64,000 nucleotides of DNA, taken from positions 120,022 to 184,021 of the IMG/VR virus record IMGVR_UViG_3300018080_000105; one strand, written 5' to 3'. The DNA comes from a virus. Positions 19,689 to 30,400 of this stretch are shown piece by piece. The translations under genes and the position numbers were made by a program. The notes beneath the pieces were generated by a model. That model saw nothing but the letters and a program-made list of their open reading frames with translations. It did not search any database and had not been told where the DNA came from. Every line of letters starts with the position of its first letter. Within the stretch, counting starts at the first letter, position 1.

Positions 19689-20566
19689 GAATGCACTTTC
19701 ATTCGATTAGCCGCACTGCATGCGACACAAAATTCGCCAGGATCTTCCGGGTCAAACGCAGCACGTTCCATACCGCACCCTTCACAAGCCCCAACCTGAT
19801 AATTCAACCGATGCGTCCCTGCCACACACTCCTCATAGCCCACTGCACAATTCCAGCAGGCGTGAGTGTACTCTCTCGGGCAACGTGTACGGTCAACGCG
19901 AAGCCGCAGCTTCAATACATTCTTCCGGTTCCATGCCACCATCGAGGGGCTGCACGCCACCTCGAAGAAGCCTGGAGCATCCCGTGAGCGGGTTGGCTCC
20001 AAGTGCCCAAGCATCCGCAGACCCACCATGGCTGCAGAATTCAAAAACGGATACTTACCGCCTCGACGGGTAAATCCTACTCGCATCGCCACCGCGCCGA
20101 TGGCCGTGTGTTTCCAGAAGTGCCGAATCAGCATGCCGGCCGGCGTACCTGCCAGCACCCGAAACTCGCCCATGTAGCCCATGGCATTCCGACTGTTTCG
20201 ACCTTTGACCAGTCGCTCTACCATCAGCGGCACCCATTCCTGCGTCCGCTGGATTGACCACGGAGGCACGCTAATGCCTTGCCTCAACCTGGTCGAGTTG
20301 CCTGCTAGTCGCCAGGCCAGTTGATCCGCCTCTGTGACGGTCAGTTCTCGCCCGGACAGATACCGGACGGACTCATACGCTGTATCGAACTGAATGTTCA
20401 TCGAGGCGGCAATGTTGCCAGCCAGAGAGTCCAAATCAGGGACAGTCTCAACGCTGTTATTGACAGCGTTGTTCAGCAGCTTGTGCTTGGTCCTTTCCAC
20501 CTGCGTCAGATTGAAGGACGGCAGCTTGGTCATTCGCGCCTCCCAGCCGATATTCATAGCTGCCAC
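19685..20566 (-). CDS. hypothetical protein with C-terminal Zn-finger-like Cys clusters
   Basis: C..H.C..C, CEGC and CVAC in the last 70 aa; start uncertain (20566/20557/20533). Confidence 0.75.
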   Translation of the reverse strand: MAAMNIGWEARMTKLPSFNLTQVERTKHKLLNNAVNNSVETVPDLDSLAGNIAASMNIQFDTAYESVRYLSGRELTVTEADQLAWRLAGNSTRLRQGISVPPWSIQRTQEWVPLMVERLVKGRNSRNAMGYMGEFRVLAGTPAGMLIRHFWKHTAIGAVAMRVGFTRRGGKYPFLNSAAMVGLRMLGHLEPTRSRDAPGFFEVACSPSMVAWNRKNVLKLRLRVDRTRCPREYTHACWNCAVGYEECVAGTHRLNYQVGACEGCGMERAAFDPEDPGEFCVACSAANRMKVHS

Positions 20567-20626
20567 ACTGCGGGCAGCGTGCCTGATTATCAGCGTACAC
20601 GTGATTACAGCGGTTACAGATCTTCA

Positions 20627-21016
20627 TCATTTCACGGCGACTGCAACACCAAGGAAGAATCGCCAGAAAATCTCCTGTGTCTCAGAGTTTTGAACCTGGT
20701 CAGTCGGTTCACCAATCGCCAGGTGAAGACGGCGGGCAACTCCAGGGACTTGCGCCGCCGCCTTGAAACCCAGCTGGAAAAGAAACCCGAACGCATCGGT
20801 CGGATGATTCTTCACCAAATACGGGAACATAGGAACGTAGACATGTTCCTCTTTACGAATGACGCGGAAGTCCACGTCTTTCTTCTCGTCAGGGTCCACT
20901 GGACCAAAAGCCGAGTACCAAACCTCACCAGCTCGCTCTTTTTTTACCAAGTCAGCTGGGGGCTGTTCCCGCTCCTCACAGACGGCCAAATCGATTTTGT
21001 GGTAACTGAGTTCCAT
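20627..21016 (-). CDS. hypothetical protein
   Basis: 129-aa ORF in the operon. Confidence 0.7.
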   Translation of the reverse strand: MELSYHKIDLAVCEEREQPPADLVKKERAGEVWYSAFGPVDPDEKKDVDFRVIRKEEHVYVPMFPYLVKNHPTDAFGFLFQLGFKAAAQVPGVARRLHLAIGEPTDQVQNSETQEIFWRFFLGVAVAVK

Positions 21017-21025
21017 GGCACAGTC

Positions 21026-21799
21026 CTACGTCAATGGCTGCGTCGCGACATGCAACGCATCTGTGGGAGAAGTTTTCGTTTCCTTTGCGACACCCAGGGG
21101 CACCCCTCCAGTGATGCCACGGCGCGGAGCTTTACTCTCACGCCCCTGATCGTCCGCATTGATTCGTACGCCGGTCCGGAAATTTTTAAGCCGCAGATCT
21201 TGCTGGAAACACAGCTCACCGAGCATCGTATCACCACCGTTATGGTGCAATGCCGGCCACGGGTAGTTGAATCGTCTCAACACATCCGTGCGTGCCGTCC
21301 ACCAGCCTCCCGTAGCAAACTTAATACTGCCACGTTCCGCGGGAGATTTACCGCCGTACCAGGGCTGCTGCATGACAAACTCACGCTGCTCGCCCATCCA
21401 CCGCATAGTATAAATGCTTCCAATCACGTCAGCATTTTCCATTGCGTCACTGACGACCGACAGCCACGACTTCTCAGGATGATCCTCCGTCAACGAGAAT
21501 CCTTTCAGGAAGCTGTCATCGTCGAACCACATGAAGTACGGAGTCGTCACAAGATCCGTCTCATGGAGAACCCGCCGCATGAGCGGGTATTTCCCCGGAT
21601 TGTCCGATACTTCAAGAATCTGTTCATCAGGCACCCAACTCCGCACCCAGGCGGAGACGGCCGGAGTCACTGAATTTAAGATCACGACAAGATTGAGATC
21701 GTCACGAGCCACCGTAGCAGTGATCGAACGAAGACACCTGTCTGCCAACTCTGGGTAGTCGCCATACAGCAACACGCAAATCGTGAACTTATTCTTCAT
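21026..21799 (-). CDS. glycosyltransferase, GT-A fold (GT2-like)
   Basis: TICVLLYG...DRCLRSI, VVILN, DXD motif MWFDDDS, HNGGDTMLG. Confidence 0.78.
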   Translation of the reverse strand: MKNKFTICVLLYGDYPELADRCLRSITATVARDDLNLVVILNSVTPAVSAWVRSWVPDEQILEVSDNPGKYPLMRRVLHETDLVTTPYFMWFDDDSFLKGFSLTEDHPEKSWLSVVSDAMENADVIGSIYTMRWMGEQREFVMQQPWYGGKSPAERGSIKFATGGWWTARTDVLRRFNYPWPALHHNGGDTMLGELCFQQDLRLKNFRTGVRINADDQGRESKAPRRGITGGVPLGVAKETKTSPTDALHVATQPLT

Positions 21800-21811
21800 G
21801 ACTCTGCCTTC

Positions 21812-22723
21812 TTAGCTACTGGCCATGTCCAGTGCACGCGCACCACGCCCGCCGCGGGAGCCGCCCCGCCGACTAGCTGCTGGTGCAGGTTCAGATTCTA
21901 CTTCATCAGCCTGTGCCTGTTCCTCCAAAGCACTTCGGAGGTACTCTTCAGCACGGTCCAGCTTCGCGAGGTTGTCGGACGCAGCAGTGGCGATGCCCTG
22001 CATATAGTCACGAATCTCGTGAATCTGATCCACCATTGTTGCCTCCACTTCACCAGTGGGGACAGTCATGACGTTGCTGAACACAGACTCTGTGGAGCCG
22101 TTCCAGATGTTGTCGTTCTTCCCTACCCAGGTACGGCAGACGCTGTGCATCTGTCGAATCTGTGCCGAGACAGTAGCCGGCATAGCATGAGAACGACCGT
22201 GGGTACCGCCCCTGTTGAACCGTCGTTTGATCAGGTCATGCAGAGCATTAGGATCGAGCATCTTCTCGACCGCTTCCTCTGCATACTTGTTCCGCTGATT
22301 CTCGGTGTTCAGCGTCATCAGGAAGCCGACGTGGCCCCAGTTCAACCGGAAGTCTGTATCTGTGTTGTGCCACGAGATCAGCTCTTCCATCTGGTCCTGA
22401 TCATACAGACCCGCAAACTGCATTGCTTTACGGATCGTCCGGGCCTGTGTGGAGAGAGCCTGCTCAACCAGTTTGAGCCCTTTCTCTCCATTGTTGCCCA
22501 GGTATTTCGTTTCGTCCGCTTCGATCTCGTTACAGAGAGTTCCGATTCTCCAGTAGTACCGGATGTTCTCGGATCGAAGGTCGTTCATCGTCTTTTCAAG
22601 ACGCTTGAACTTCCGGTGGAGTTGCGCGTTCATCTGCGAGATTGCATCGGTACGCGCTTTGGTAATAGCAGCAGGACTGTTCCCTGAACGTTCGGCCCTG
22701 ACTGCAATCGACTGTCTTGGCAT
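21812..22723 (-). CDS. DUF1016 N-terminal (YhcG-like) domain protein
   Basis: YYWRIG...KYLG...RTIRKAMQFA...LNWGHVGFLM...RNKYAEEA pattern; no PD-(D/E)XK C-terminal domain evident. Confidence 0.6.
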   Translation of the reverse strand: MPRQSIAVRAERSGNSPAAITKARTDAISQMNAQLHRKFKRLEKTMNDLRSENIRYYWRIGTLCNEIEADETKYLGNNGEKGLKLVEQALSTQARTIRKAMQFAGLYDQDQMEELISWHNTDTDFRLNWGHVGFLMTLNTENQRNKYAEEAVEKMLDPNALHDLIKRRFNRGGTHGRSHAMPATVSAQIRQMHSVCRTWVGKNDNIWNGSTESVFSNVMTVPTGEVEATMVDQIHEIRDYMQGIATAASDNLAKLDRAEEYLRSALEEQAQADEVESEPAPAASRRGGSRGGRGARALDMASS

Positions 22724-22732
22724 AACTGCCTC

Positions 22733-23887
22733 CTAGAGTACAAATTTCCCTGTCAACAAAGCATACGCGGCTTGTTCTAGTTTCTCCCGCCGCGAGGAGT
22801 CTACCTGTCGTGCAACCCACATGAGCGGAACGAACAGGTCATAAAGTTTACGCGAAGCGTAGCGAGCGGCCAGGTCATGGGTCTGAAATTCTGCGGCAGA
22901 ATGCCGCCCCAAAGCACAGGCACGATCAACTACGTCGCGAGCCAGTGTACGGCCCACGCCCAACAAGGTTACCGCGCGGATCAATCTCTTGCGATGCTCA
23001 CGACGTGATTCATCAGAATTGCAGGCGTCAAATCCCATGGACTCGCCCTGCAGTCGGAGCAAGCCTTCGGTAATATCGTCACGACTCACAGATCGCTCAG
23101 CCACTTCACTCACCATGGCGGCAAGGCGAAGATGGAAGTTTTTGCCGGCGTGAGTCACCCGACCACCGTGCTTACGGTAGGAACCCAAGCACACACCAAC
23201 AGGAGTAAAGGCCGCCACAGTCCCTCGGACTGACGTCCCTGTAGCTTCTCCATTGGTGAAATAATACCCGTCATAGACGTTGAACGCGTTACCGGCCACT
23301 GTGGTAGACGTCAAAGGATCACGCGATCGAAACCAAACCGTGAACTTTCGGCCCACCAGCATCGCTGCGTACACATCCACGTCAGGCCGCACATCCGCCA
23401 ACTCCTGCGTCGTGATTCCGAACAGCTCGAAATTACCGAGATACTGATGGGTCTTCCCAATCAGCCCTTCGATAGTCTTGGAGTCACGGTTCTTCAACAG
23501 GAGATACTTAGAAACCAACGGAAACCGCAACTCAACCAGCCAATTCCAGAACTCAATAGCGACCGTGCCGTCGGTCAGCAGTTCTTTCTCGGGTGGAAGT
23601 GTTATGGTCCCGCAAATATCAGGCATCATCTTGCTGAGGCCCGGAGCCAGCACCTGGGCAATCTGACTGAAAGCAGCTGCCGTCATCCGATAGCCACCAT
23701 CAATCGTTTTACCCTGCAGGTCCAACTGCAACTCTGCTGGCTTTGACGGACTACGCCGCTCCGTGGTGTCATCCATGTGGCGGAGAGCCGCCTGCAACTC
23801 ACCACGTTGCGCGTGATTAAACTGTATGACACGAGACGCCTCATACAGCTGCACGTTCCCATCTGTGCGCTCGTTATTCGTAGCCAT
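22733..23887 (-). CDS. DUF932-like phage protein
   Basis: MTAAAFSQIAQVL, LLLKN...GLIGKTHQYLGN, FTNGEATGTSVRG...VC resemble DUF932 family segments. Confidence 0.45.
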   Translation of the reverse strand: MATNNERTDGNVQLYEASRVIQFNHAQRGELQAALRHMDDTTERRSPSKPAELQLDLQGKTIDGGYRMTAAAFSQIAQVLAPGLSKMMPDICGTITLPPEKELLTDGTVAIEFWNWLVELRFPLVSKYLLLKNRDSKTIEGLIGKTHQYLGNFELFGITTQELADVRPDVDVYAAMLVGRKFTVWFRSRDPLTSTTVAGNAFNVYDGYYFTNGEATGTSVRGTVAAFTPVGVCLGSYRKHGGRVTHAGKNFHLRLAAMVSEVAERSVSRDDITEGLLRLQGESMGFDACNSDESRREHRKRLIRAVTLLGVGRTLARDVVDRACALGRHSAAEFQTHDLAARYASRKLYDLFVPLMWVARQVDSSRREKLEQAAYALLTGKFVL

Positions 23888-24470
23888 CCTGCGGCGCCCA
23901 ATCCGTGCCCACCGTCTGCATGAAACTCTTGAAGGACTCCAGCACGACTGTAGTACCTTCCCTCGCCATCGGGAATATCGTGCGAGGCCACGGATCTTCC
24001 CGTTCCTCTGCAGGCGTGAACACCTGGTTCTGAATCGGCTGGTTGTGGAGAGTCATCAAGAACGCATCTTTCGCATGGGGTAAGTTGAAAATCAACGCCG
24101 CCCGTTCTGTCCGCAGATCCACGCCGGCCAGATCAGCCTGTTCCATGTACTGCTTCCACCACGAAAGTTTACGAAAACGAGACTGCCCGTAAATATCAGC
24201 CATCTTGATCGTGTGCGTGAACTTAATCTTTTCCGACATCAAATGCACCGGGAACCCAGGAAAGTGCTCGGCAAACCATGTGAAGTCGAGATCGTCATGC
24301 CCATGTACCGCAATAGCCTGCTGCTTACACAGCGACACATTGAACGGCACATTGGCATACCGCAAGATCTGTTTAACAATCCGCTCCTGGAAAGACAGCT
24401 GCCGTTGTTGTTCAGCCTGCTGCCTATCAGAAGCGTCCAGCTTTTTGAAGAAGTCGTCCACACCGCTCAC
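23874..24470 (-). CDS. hypothetical protein
   Basis: 198 aa, GTGA overlap with recA. Confidence 0.75.
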   Translation of the reverse strand: MSGVDDFFKKLDASDRQQAEQQRQLSFQERIVKQILRYANVPFNVSLCKQQAIAVHGHDDLDFTWFAEHFPGFPVHLMSEKIKFTHTIKMADIYGQSRFRKLSWWKQYMEQADLAGVDLRTERAALIFNLPHAKDAFLMTLHNQPIQNQVFTPAEEREDPWPRTIFPMAREGTTVVLESFKSFMQTVGTDWAPQDGYE

Positions 24471-25768
24471 GAGTCAGTCTCCTCTGCCTCTGCTGCGGCA
24501 TCTGTCACACCCTCAACAATCTGAGAATGCTCAGCAGCGGCTGCTTTCGCAGACATGTAATCCACACCAGGCTGGAACGGATACCGTTCCGTAATCCCTA
24601 GCATCGGATACAACTGCCGCAACTTGTCCGGGTGATTCTCCAGTGTGGCGGCCAGTGTACGGTAATCAACAGCGTCTTCGAGACCGATCTCCGTCGCTGC
24701 ACACTTTCTGTTTGACCGCTGTGGTTTCAAACCCAACAAGTCCCTGATGTTGTTGTACAGGGTCTTCTTGCCTGAGACGTTCTCCAGCTTCAACAACATT
24801 TCGGTAGAAGCTGAATGCCAGTCCCACGCGGTATGTTGCCGCCATTCGCCCGAAGCGTCTTCCGCCATCCACCACTGCAACTCCGCAGTGATCATTTTGC
24901 GACTTGGCCCCAGTGAGTTCTTCCGGGCCTTCATGTCCACCCGTAGACCTTGATACTCGGCTTTGTCGATATCGGCACCTGTCGATGCCTTCTTCATACC
25001 GATCTCGTAGGTCTCCATGAACTTGACAGCCTTACCCCCTGGCACACTCGACGTCGGTATCCCGCGAGCATCCGTTCCCGGTTTCTCGTGGTTCGTGCCG
25101 ATGACCGTGAACGGATAGTCCTGGATACGGCGCGGCATCGTCCGCATGTACCTCGCAATCATGTTAGCCGCCAACGCGTACCCGCGGACTGCGTGCCCAT
25201 CTTTCTCGACCTGTTCGATCTCTGCTTGCGGCGCTGTAGCCATCAGAGAGTCGACCGCAATCGCAAACGGGAACGTCCGGCCAGGACCGTCTGCTGCGTC
25301 CATGGTCTTGGCCATGTTCTTCGAGAAATAGGTGAAGACGTCCTGCCACTCTTCGAGGCTGTGTGTCTTCTTAACCATCAAGCGATTGATCCACTCTTCA
25401 TTCCACATCAACAACGAGTGACGTAGTTCCGGAGAGTCTTTGTTTTCGTTCTCAGCCAGTACCGCCCCACCACCGTAGAACATGTGCCAGCGGAAGACCT
25501 CGTACAGGAAGGCCGACTTTGCCGAACCTTCCTGCCCAATGATCTGTATGATCCGCGATAGAGGAAGCATGGTTGACTGAAACAAGTATCGCAAAGACAG
25601 CGCTGGCAACGGCAGTCCCACGAGACTGCTCTGTGCTTCCACGCCGATCGATATCTCGTCTCCCATGTCCGCCTGGGCCTGATCTCGCATCGCTGCGAAC
25701 ATCCCATTCAGATTCTGTTCCCGTACTTCCCCTGCCCACTGATCAGCCTTACGGCGTCGCTTTGCCAT
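24467..25768 (-). CDS. recA: RecA/UvsX-like recombinase
   Basis: LPLSRIIQIIGQEGSAKS (Walker A), AIAVDSL (Walker B), IGTNH, PGGKAVKF; ATG at 25768 with a GGAGG SD. Confidence 0.9.
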   Translation of the reverse strand: MAKRRRKADQWAGEVREQNLNGMFAAMRDQAQADMGDEISIGVEAQSSLVGLPLPALSLRYLFQSTMLPLSRIIQIIGQEGSAKSAFLYEVFRWHMFYGGGAVLAENENKDSPELRHSLLMWNEEWINRLMVKKTHSLEEWQDVFTYFSKNMAKTMDAADGPGRTFPFAIAVDSLMATAPQAEIEQVEKDGHAVRGYALAANMIARYMRTMPRRIQDYPFTVIGTNHEKPGTDARGIPTSSVPGGKAVKFMETYEIGMKKASTGADIDKAEYQGLRVDMKARKNSLGPSRKMITAELQWWMAEDASGEWRQHTAWDWHSASTEMLLKLENVSGKKTLYNNIRDLLGLKPQRSNRKCAATEIGLEDAVDYRTLAATLENHPDKLRQLYPMLGITERYPFQPGVDYMSAKAAAAEHSQIVEGVTDAAAEAEETDS

Positions 25769-25784
25769 TCGTGTATGCCTCCAC

Positions 25785-25817
25785 ATAGAAAGAGGGGCGA
25801 GCAGCGCCCGCCCCTCT
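25785..25817 (-). terminator. hairpin plus U-rich tail immediately before the recA SD
   Basis: 9-bp stem AGAGGGGCG(25791-25799)/CGCCCCTCT(25809-25817), then TTCTATGTGGAGG on the minus strand. Confidence 0.55.
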
Positions 25818-25837
25818 GAAGTAATCCGTTACGGGCG

Positions 25838-27424
25838 TTACTGCCCTGCGGCGGTTGCCGCTGCCGCCAGCGCTGCTGCGGCTCGTCCTGTGGGCGCAGC
25901 TGCAGGCGCAGCTGCAGGCGCTGCCGGGGCCGCGCCTTCAGTCCCCGGCTGCTGAACAGCAACCGGTGGTGCTGCCGGGGCTGCGGCCGGAGGTGCTGCC
26001 GGCGGTGCTCCTGCCGGAGTGCCAGGCACCGCTGCAGGCGTCGCTGCTGCCGGCGGGGCCGCAGCGGCCGGCGGAGCAGCCACAGGAGGCGGTGCTACGC
26101 CGGGGACAGCTCCTGGTGCAGCATCCGCAGCATACGGCGACGGCGGTGCCGTAGGCGTAGCTGGGGCCGCCGGAGCGGCCGGAGGCGCTGCCGAAGCAGG
26201 GGCAGCTGGCGTGGCAGGCGGAGCTGCTGCAGCAGGCGGAGCAGCAACCGGAGGGGCTGCTGCTGCGGGAGGTGCCGCGACAGGCGGGGCAGCTGCCGGC
26301 GGAGCTTCAGCAGGCGGATAGTACCCACCTGTCTGAGGTACCGCCACCTGGTGAGCCTGAACAGCCGCTTCACGCGTACCTTCTGGGATCCAGTCCGGAT
26401 GATCCGCCCACGCATACAGAATCAAATTGGCCGGGAAACCGGGAGCGATCGCGAACGCTTGCTCCTGGAACGTCGGGAACCAGAAGATATCTTCCCAACG
26501 CATGATGCGCTGGCGGACAAATTCTTCATACCCAGACCAGTCAGCTGTCACACCGCCTGTCCCACCATAGTTGTCGGACAAGAAGCAACCGTAACCCTTC
26601 GGAGCATTGGCCTGCTGAGCCTGCCCTGGCAGAAATGCCCCGGCCACAGGGGCCGTAGGGGCCGTAGGCGCTGCAGGCGCGCCGGGGGCGGCGGCCCGCG
26701 ACCAGGCTTCCGGCCCACGCGCCTGCGGATCGCCATCTTCCAGCCGATAGAACGACACGTACTTACCCGTCGCCAGCGGTAACGGGTCACCATTGGCGTA
26801 GATTGCGTCCCAGTCACCAGGCGCAGCAGCACTGGCTTCCGGACTCAACAATTCCAACTGTTCCAGCAGTGCGTTACACGCTGACGTCGAAAGACAAAAC
26901 AGCACCGTACGATCCTGAAGACCAACCGGCAACTCTGCGTGCGGGTTCCACGCCTTGGTGTCGTTCTGCACCAACGCACCCTGCACGAAGTACGCCGTCT
27001 TGGGCGCTGTCAGTTCCGCAGAGCGGCCAGCCCCGCCGTCCAGCAAACCAGCCCACCCTGGCTGTTCCTGCTTGTTCTTCTTGGCGCGACGACACGCCTC
27101 GTAGAGCACACTAGCCGGGCTCGGAAGGGATGTCATCGTAGGATCCATCGGATCCTTAGTAATCATGTTCAGCTGATTGGAGCCGAAACTGCGAATCGTC
27201 TCGTACCCGCGAATCCAGTCTGAATAATCGCGTTCTTCACTGCTGTTGCGGAACGGAAGAAACTGCCCCGTCTCGACGTCAACCGCCGGAAAGATTCTCA
27301 CCGTCGTCACTGCATTCTGCTTCCACGACGGCTTGTACACTGACACGTCGGATCGCAACGTGTAGTGATTGTAGCGCTCCCCTTGGGTCGCATGCCCGTG
27401 TTGGGCGAAACTATAACCAGTCAT
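25838..27424 (-). CDS. probable single-stranded DNA-binding protein with Pro/Ala-rich tail
   Basis: Lies between the polymerase and recA; TTVRIFPA...KTAYFVQGAL segments are reminiscent of gp32-like SSBs; last ~170 aa are almost only P/A. Function inferred mainly from context. Confidence 0.45.
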   Translation of the reverse strand: MTGYSFAQHGHATQGERYNHYTLRSDVSVYKPSWKQNAVTTVRIFPAVDVETGQFLPFRNSSEERDYSDWIRGYETIRSFGSNQLNMITKDPMDPTMTSLPSPASVLYEACRRAKKNKQEQPGWAGLLDGGAGRSAELTAPKTAYFVQGALVQNDTKAWNPHAELPVGLQDRTVLFCLSTSACNALLEQLELLSPEASAAAPGDWDAIYANGDPLPLATGKYVSFYRLEDGDPQARGPEAWSRAAAPGAPAAPTAPTAPVAGAFLPGQAQQANAPKGYGCFLSDNYGGTGGVTADWSGYEEFVRQRIMRWEDIFWFPTFQEQAFAIAPGFPANLILYAWADHPDWIPEGTREAAVQAHQVAVPQTGGYYPPAEAPPAAAPPVAAPPAAAAPPVAAPPAAAAPPATPAAPASAAPPAAPAAPATPTAPPSPYAADAAPGAVPGVAPPPVAAPPAAAAPPAAATPAAVPGTPAGAPPAAPPAAAPAAPPVAVQQPGTEGAAPAAPAAAPAAAPTGRAAAALAAAATAAGQ

Positions 27425-27432
27425 CAAACACT

Positions 27433-27495
27433 CCTAAAAGACAGCGGCGGACACCCCGCCGCGAACCATAAAGTTTACCAGCATTCTGCCGGTAA
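27433..27495 (-). terminator. double hairpin plus U-rich tail before the SSB SD
   Basis: Stems 27475-27495 (TTACCGGC/GCTGGTAA) and 27444-27462 (GCGGCGG/CCGCCGC), then TGTCTTTTAGGAG. Confidence 0.5.
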
Positions 27496-30400
27496 TCACG
27501 CGCACACCAGTACCTCTGGCTGAATTCCGAGAGAACTCAGAAGTTCGTCAGAGGGATCTTCGCCCCAGTTGACTTGGACGTCGTAATCGATGCCGAAATG
27601 ATACGGCTCCGCGACATTCATCGGGGTATTGTCAAGGTACCGGGGCCATATCGGTACGCGCTGGACCATGTGCTGTCGCAACACGTTCTGCAGGAAATCC
27701 TGCAGCTCGGAAATTGGCACCTGAAACAGCAAAGCATCATGAATCTGCAGCAACAGTTTGTAACCGTACTGCGGATTATCCTGCTTATGCTTGTGAAAAT
27801 TGTAGATCGCCAGCCAGATCGCATCAGCGACCATGTTCTGAATCGGGAAGTTCTGCGACTGGCGCTCCTGTTCGCCAATCACGCCCCTGTCGTGGGCAGG
27901 GATGAACCGCCGCATACGGCCGAACGAACCAGCCATCCAACGATCCTCCTGGGATCGCCGACGACATTCTGCCAGGAACGCAGCAGTTCCCGGGTAGCGT
28001 ACGAAATACTGGTCGATCATCGCCTGACAATCATCGACGGAGACTTCAACACCCTCTTCCTTACACTGCCGTGCGATCGCCTCTGCGGATCGCCCGTAAG
28101 GAATACCGAAGTTCACGTTCTTCGCCGCCACTCGTAAAGGTGAGTGTCCGGCATTCTTCAGTCCCTTCTTGGTCGGGTCGCACTGAAGTTGGAACGTGTC
28201 AACGGCCGTGTGAGAGTGGATATCGTAGTGAAGAGGATCAGACTCGGGCAACGCATTACGTCGCACGTGTTCGATCATGTTGGGGTCGTCAGCAAGCCAG
28301 GCGATCCCCGCCAGCTCCGCCCCGGTGTAGTCAGCCTCGACCAGCACATGCCCCTCTTCCGCACAAAAGATCGTACGGATGGGCGAGAGATACAGTGCCT
28401 GCTCAAAGACGTCAACGTAATCACCACGTACCGTGGTTACGCCTTCCTCGTTGGTAACTTCGGTACCCAGAATACGAGAGTAGTCACCTTCACGACGTTT
28501 GGAGATATTCTGCAGCGGCGGACGGGAAGACGCCCCTCGCCCAGTTTCTTTGTTCTGGGAGATATGCGTATGGACCTTCCCGTCATGTTGTGCCGCCGCT
28601 GCGAGGCCTTTGTCATAGACAAGTGCCCCTTGGGCGTCACGCTTCCAACCCGTCCCGTCCTCATTCAGTACGGGTGGTCGCAACGGACCCTTCAAAACCT
28701 GGGTGATGAACTTTAGGTCGCGGAGCATCATCGCCAGGGGATTCTCATGGCCTAAAATCCCCAGTACCTCCTTGTCGGAACTCGGAGTGTACTTGTGCTG
28801 TTCTCCGCGGGTGATGATATCAGCCCACAGCTTCGACCGACGGCCGGTGCTTTTCACCGGTGTCAGTCCCAACGTTATAGACCCAGGCGGTCGAATGGAA
28901 ATCCGCTGCCCTGTTGTTTTGTCAACTTTCTTGGAGTAGTCATCCCCAAACAGGAATGCAACACACTGAGGAGTAGATTCCGGATTGAAGTCAGGCCACC
29001 CAATCTGCTCCCTGAAGTGGGCCAACAGACGGTCACGTGCATAAATGAACAACGTGGTCAACCGGTCCACTCGATCACGGTCCAACTTGATCCCAGTCAT
29101 CTCCATTTCCAGCACACCGAGACTGGCACAATGAGATCGCCAATATGGCTCCCAGGACGAAATACCGTTCCAGTCGGAGTCCAGCAACCCGCCGTCTTTC
29201 ATGTGCTCGATAGCGATGCGTCGCGTCACATCCGGGTCATACTGGGCGTAGTTATCGCCCCACTCAGGGTCGGTCGGCTCTGGGTGCAGAATCCACTGCG
29301 GAAGGAAACCATACCCCTCCAGATCCTCCTTCTTGATATTGTGCGCCGCACAGTACCCGGTAATGTGCGCTTTCAGCCGGGTGTCATACACAGGGGCCGA
29401 CGTCAGCCGTACAGTCATGTCGGTCAATCGGTACGAAGCAGTCTCGTTGACTGCATGGTATTGCAGTCCCGTGTCGAACCCGCCCTCTGTGCGGCACAGC
29501 TCTGGGGAGTCCGGCGGCGCGTACTCTTCACGAATGTCCAAACCTTCTGCAATCAGCCACGGAAGGTCAGCCCGCAAGAAGTGACCACCAGGCCGAGGAA
29601 ACCAACCACGATCCGGGTCGCGTTTCAAAAGACGCGTCAACTCATGGATTGCGTGGCCGATAGACGGCTTGAACGCCGGCTCCCCGCCCTGGTGGCGTAG
29701 CACAACATTGATACCCTCGCCGTGCTTGGAACTGAACTGAATGTTCCGTAAATAAGAACCAGGGTTCCCCGGGTGTTCCCCTTCCCACTCGCCGTCGACC
29801 GCAATCACCCGACGCCATGGGTCAGGATCAGCCATGATCTCATCCACAATCGCCTTCAGTTCGCGATGCTTGTAGATATTGCGGTGATCAATGAACGACT
29901 CCTGCTTCCCGATATCCGCGCCACGAGTCAGGGCAATGAACTGCCCGACCTGCGCACGGAACTCAGGATAAGTCTCAGGGGTACGCCACACAGCGCCTGG
30001 CGCTGTCGCGGCCATCACCTTGATCGTGTGATAGCACGGCTCTTCATCCAGCGTACTATGCAGCGGGATGATGATTTCCTCCACACGACCAGTCATCGCC
30101 TGCACACCGTAACTCGTCCCCAGCAGCCACTTCGAGGCGTCGGAGCCGAGGCACAACAGATACTTCGGACGCACCAGTCGCAGGGTCTGCTGCAGAAGAA
30201 CGTTGCAATCTTTCTTGTGGGCCATTGGCAACGAGTCAGACTGCGGATCCAGCTGCGGCCAGTGAACCAGATTATCAACGTAGAACGCATCACGTTCCCG
30301 TCCAACATCCCACTCGTCGAGAGCATCCATCAAAATCTGGGCACTCTCGCCGACAAAGTTTCGCCGTTGTGCGACGTCGTCTTTGCCGGGCATCTTCCCG

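Noticed and set aside
20321-21673. Long plus-strand ORFs (e.g. 20321-21673, 5056-6087, 9252-10163, 28795-29700, 51305-52135)
   Set aside because: They are antisense shadows of well-supported minus-strand genes in high-GC DNA, with no motifs or SD support.
25838-26330. GC-rich quasi-periodic repeats resembling an array
   Set aside because: Fully explained by Pro/Ala codons in the tail of the SSB-like CDS; units are not separated by unique spacers.
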